DNA from: an uncultured Porphyromonadaceae bacterium
GTDB lineage: Bacteria; Bacteroidota; Bacteroidia; Bacteroidales; Muribaculaceae
Assembly: GCA_947175225.1 (NCBI GenBank)
Contig: CAMWLX010000001.1
Location: 1 to 47,284, forward strand
Direction: 5' to 3'
Length of the DNA stretch: 47,284 nt
In this document: piece after piece, positions 46,722 through 47,284 of the stretch
Numbering within the stretch: the stretch's first letter is position 1
Layout: each line of letters starts with the position of its first letter
The notes under the pieces: generated by a model
Database searches by the model: none
The model's input: the letters and a program-made list of their open reading frames with translations, nothing else
Told to the model about the DNA's origin: nothing
Made by a program: the position numbers and the translations under genes

Positions 46722-46741
46722 GTTCCGGCTTTAGCCGGAAC
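46722..46741. repeat. Short intergenic palindrome (REP-like)
   Basis: GTTCCGGCT-TT-AGCCGGAAC. Confidence 0.55.
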
Positions 46742-46760
46742 TCTCCGCCTAAACTTAGAT

Positions 46761-47284
46761 ATGCAATTCAATTTCGACACAATAACCCCTCGCCGAGGCA
46801 CTCTCTCCTACAAATGGGACAGTGCCCCCGAGGGTGTCCTCCCCATGTGGGTTGCCGACATGGACTTCAAGACAGCCCCTGCTATCATCGAAGCCCTTCG
46901 CAAGCGAGTAGACAATGGCATCTTCGGCTATACCCGTGTGCCTGACGAATATTTTGACGCAGTCATTTCTTGGTTCAGCAGAAAACATGGCTGGCACATC
47001 GACCGCGACATGATGATCTACACCTCCGGCGTAGTGCCGGCTATATCCGCAATAATCAAGGCTCTCGCCAACCCCGGCGAAAAGGTAATTGTCCAGACTC
47101 CCGTCTACAATTGCTTTTTCTCATCCATCCGCAACAACGGATGCGTGATAATGGAAAGCCCCCTTATAAAAAATGGAGATACTTACGACATTGACTTCGA
47201 CCGTCTGGAGAAAGACGCCTCCGACCCTAAAGCCACCCTTATGCTCCTATGCAATCCTCACAATCCCGCCGGGCGTGTGTGGAG
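46761..47284 (+). CDS. MalY/PatB family PLP-dependent cystathionine beta-lyase-like protein (partial, runs off window)
   Basis: Not in the ORF track; translated by hand: [61 protein letters not shown]. Confidence 0.92.
   Translation, partial: MQFNFDTITPRRGTLSYKWDSAPEGVLPMWVADMDFKTAPAIIEALRKRVDNGIFGYTRVPDEYFDAVISWFSRKHGWHIDRDMMIYTSGVVPAISAIIKALANPGEKVIVQTPVYNCFFSSIRNNGCVIMESPLIKNGDTYDIDFDRLEKDASDPKATLMLLCNPHNPAGRVW

Overview
Chromosomal window from a Bacteroidales bacterium, probably Muribaculaceae/Prevotella-like. This is inferred from TAnnTTTG promoters, SusC/SusD loci and T9SS C-terminal sorting domains. Left to right: (1) a dead, internally deleted ISAs1 element with intact 18-bp terminal inverted repeats; (2) a SNF2 ATPase translationally coupled to a 645-aa protein with a possible XPB-partner (p52/Tfb2-like) C-terminus; (3) housekeeping genes (M16 peptidase, dusB, GIN-domain protein, Wzx flippase, DUF4861, succinate CoA-transferase, miaB); (4) a starch PUL (susC-susD-susE-susF plus a T9SS-type GH13 amylase); (5) MATE, DUF4886, coaE, a GH92 with an extra C-terminal domain, tyrA and GH140; (6) a probable pectin locus (susC-susD-lipoprotein, two paralogous uncharacterised secreted proteins flanking a PepSY-like gene, and two divergent PL1 lyases); (7) DUF3737 and a MalY/PatB gene cut by the window end. 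No rRNA, tRNA or CRISPR array was seen. The best leads are the SNF2/partner pair, the unknown paralogous T9SS proteins with a conserved 3' cassette, and GTAG-type REP elements and heptamer repeats embedded in protein-coding sequence. All family calls come from motif recognition by eye; no database search was run.
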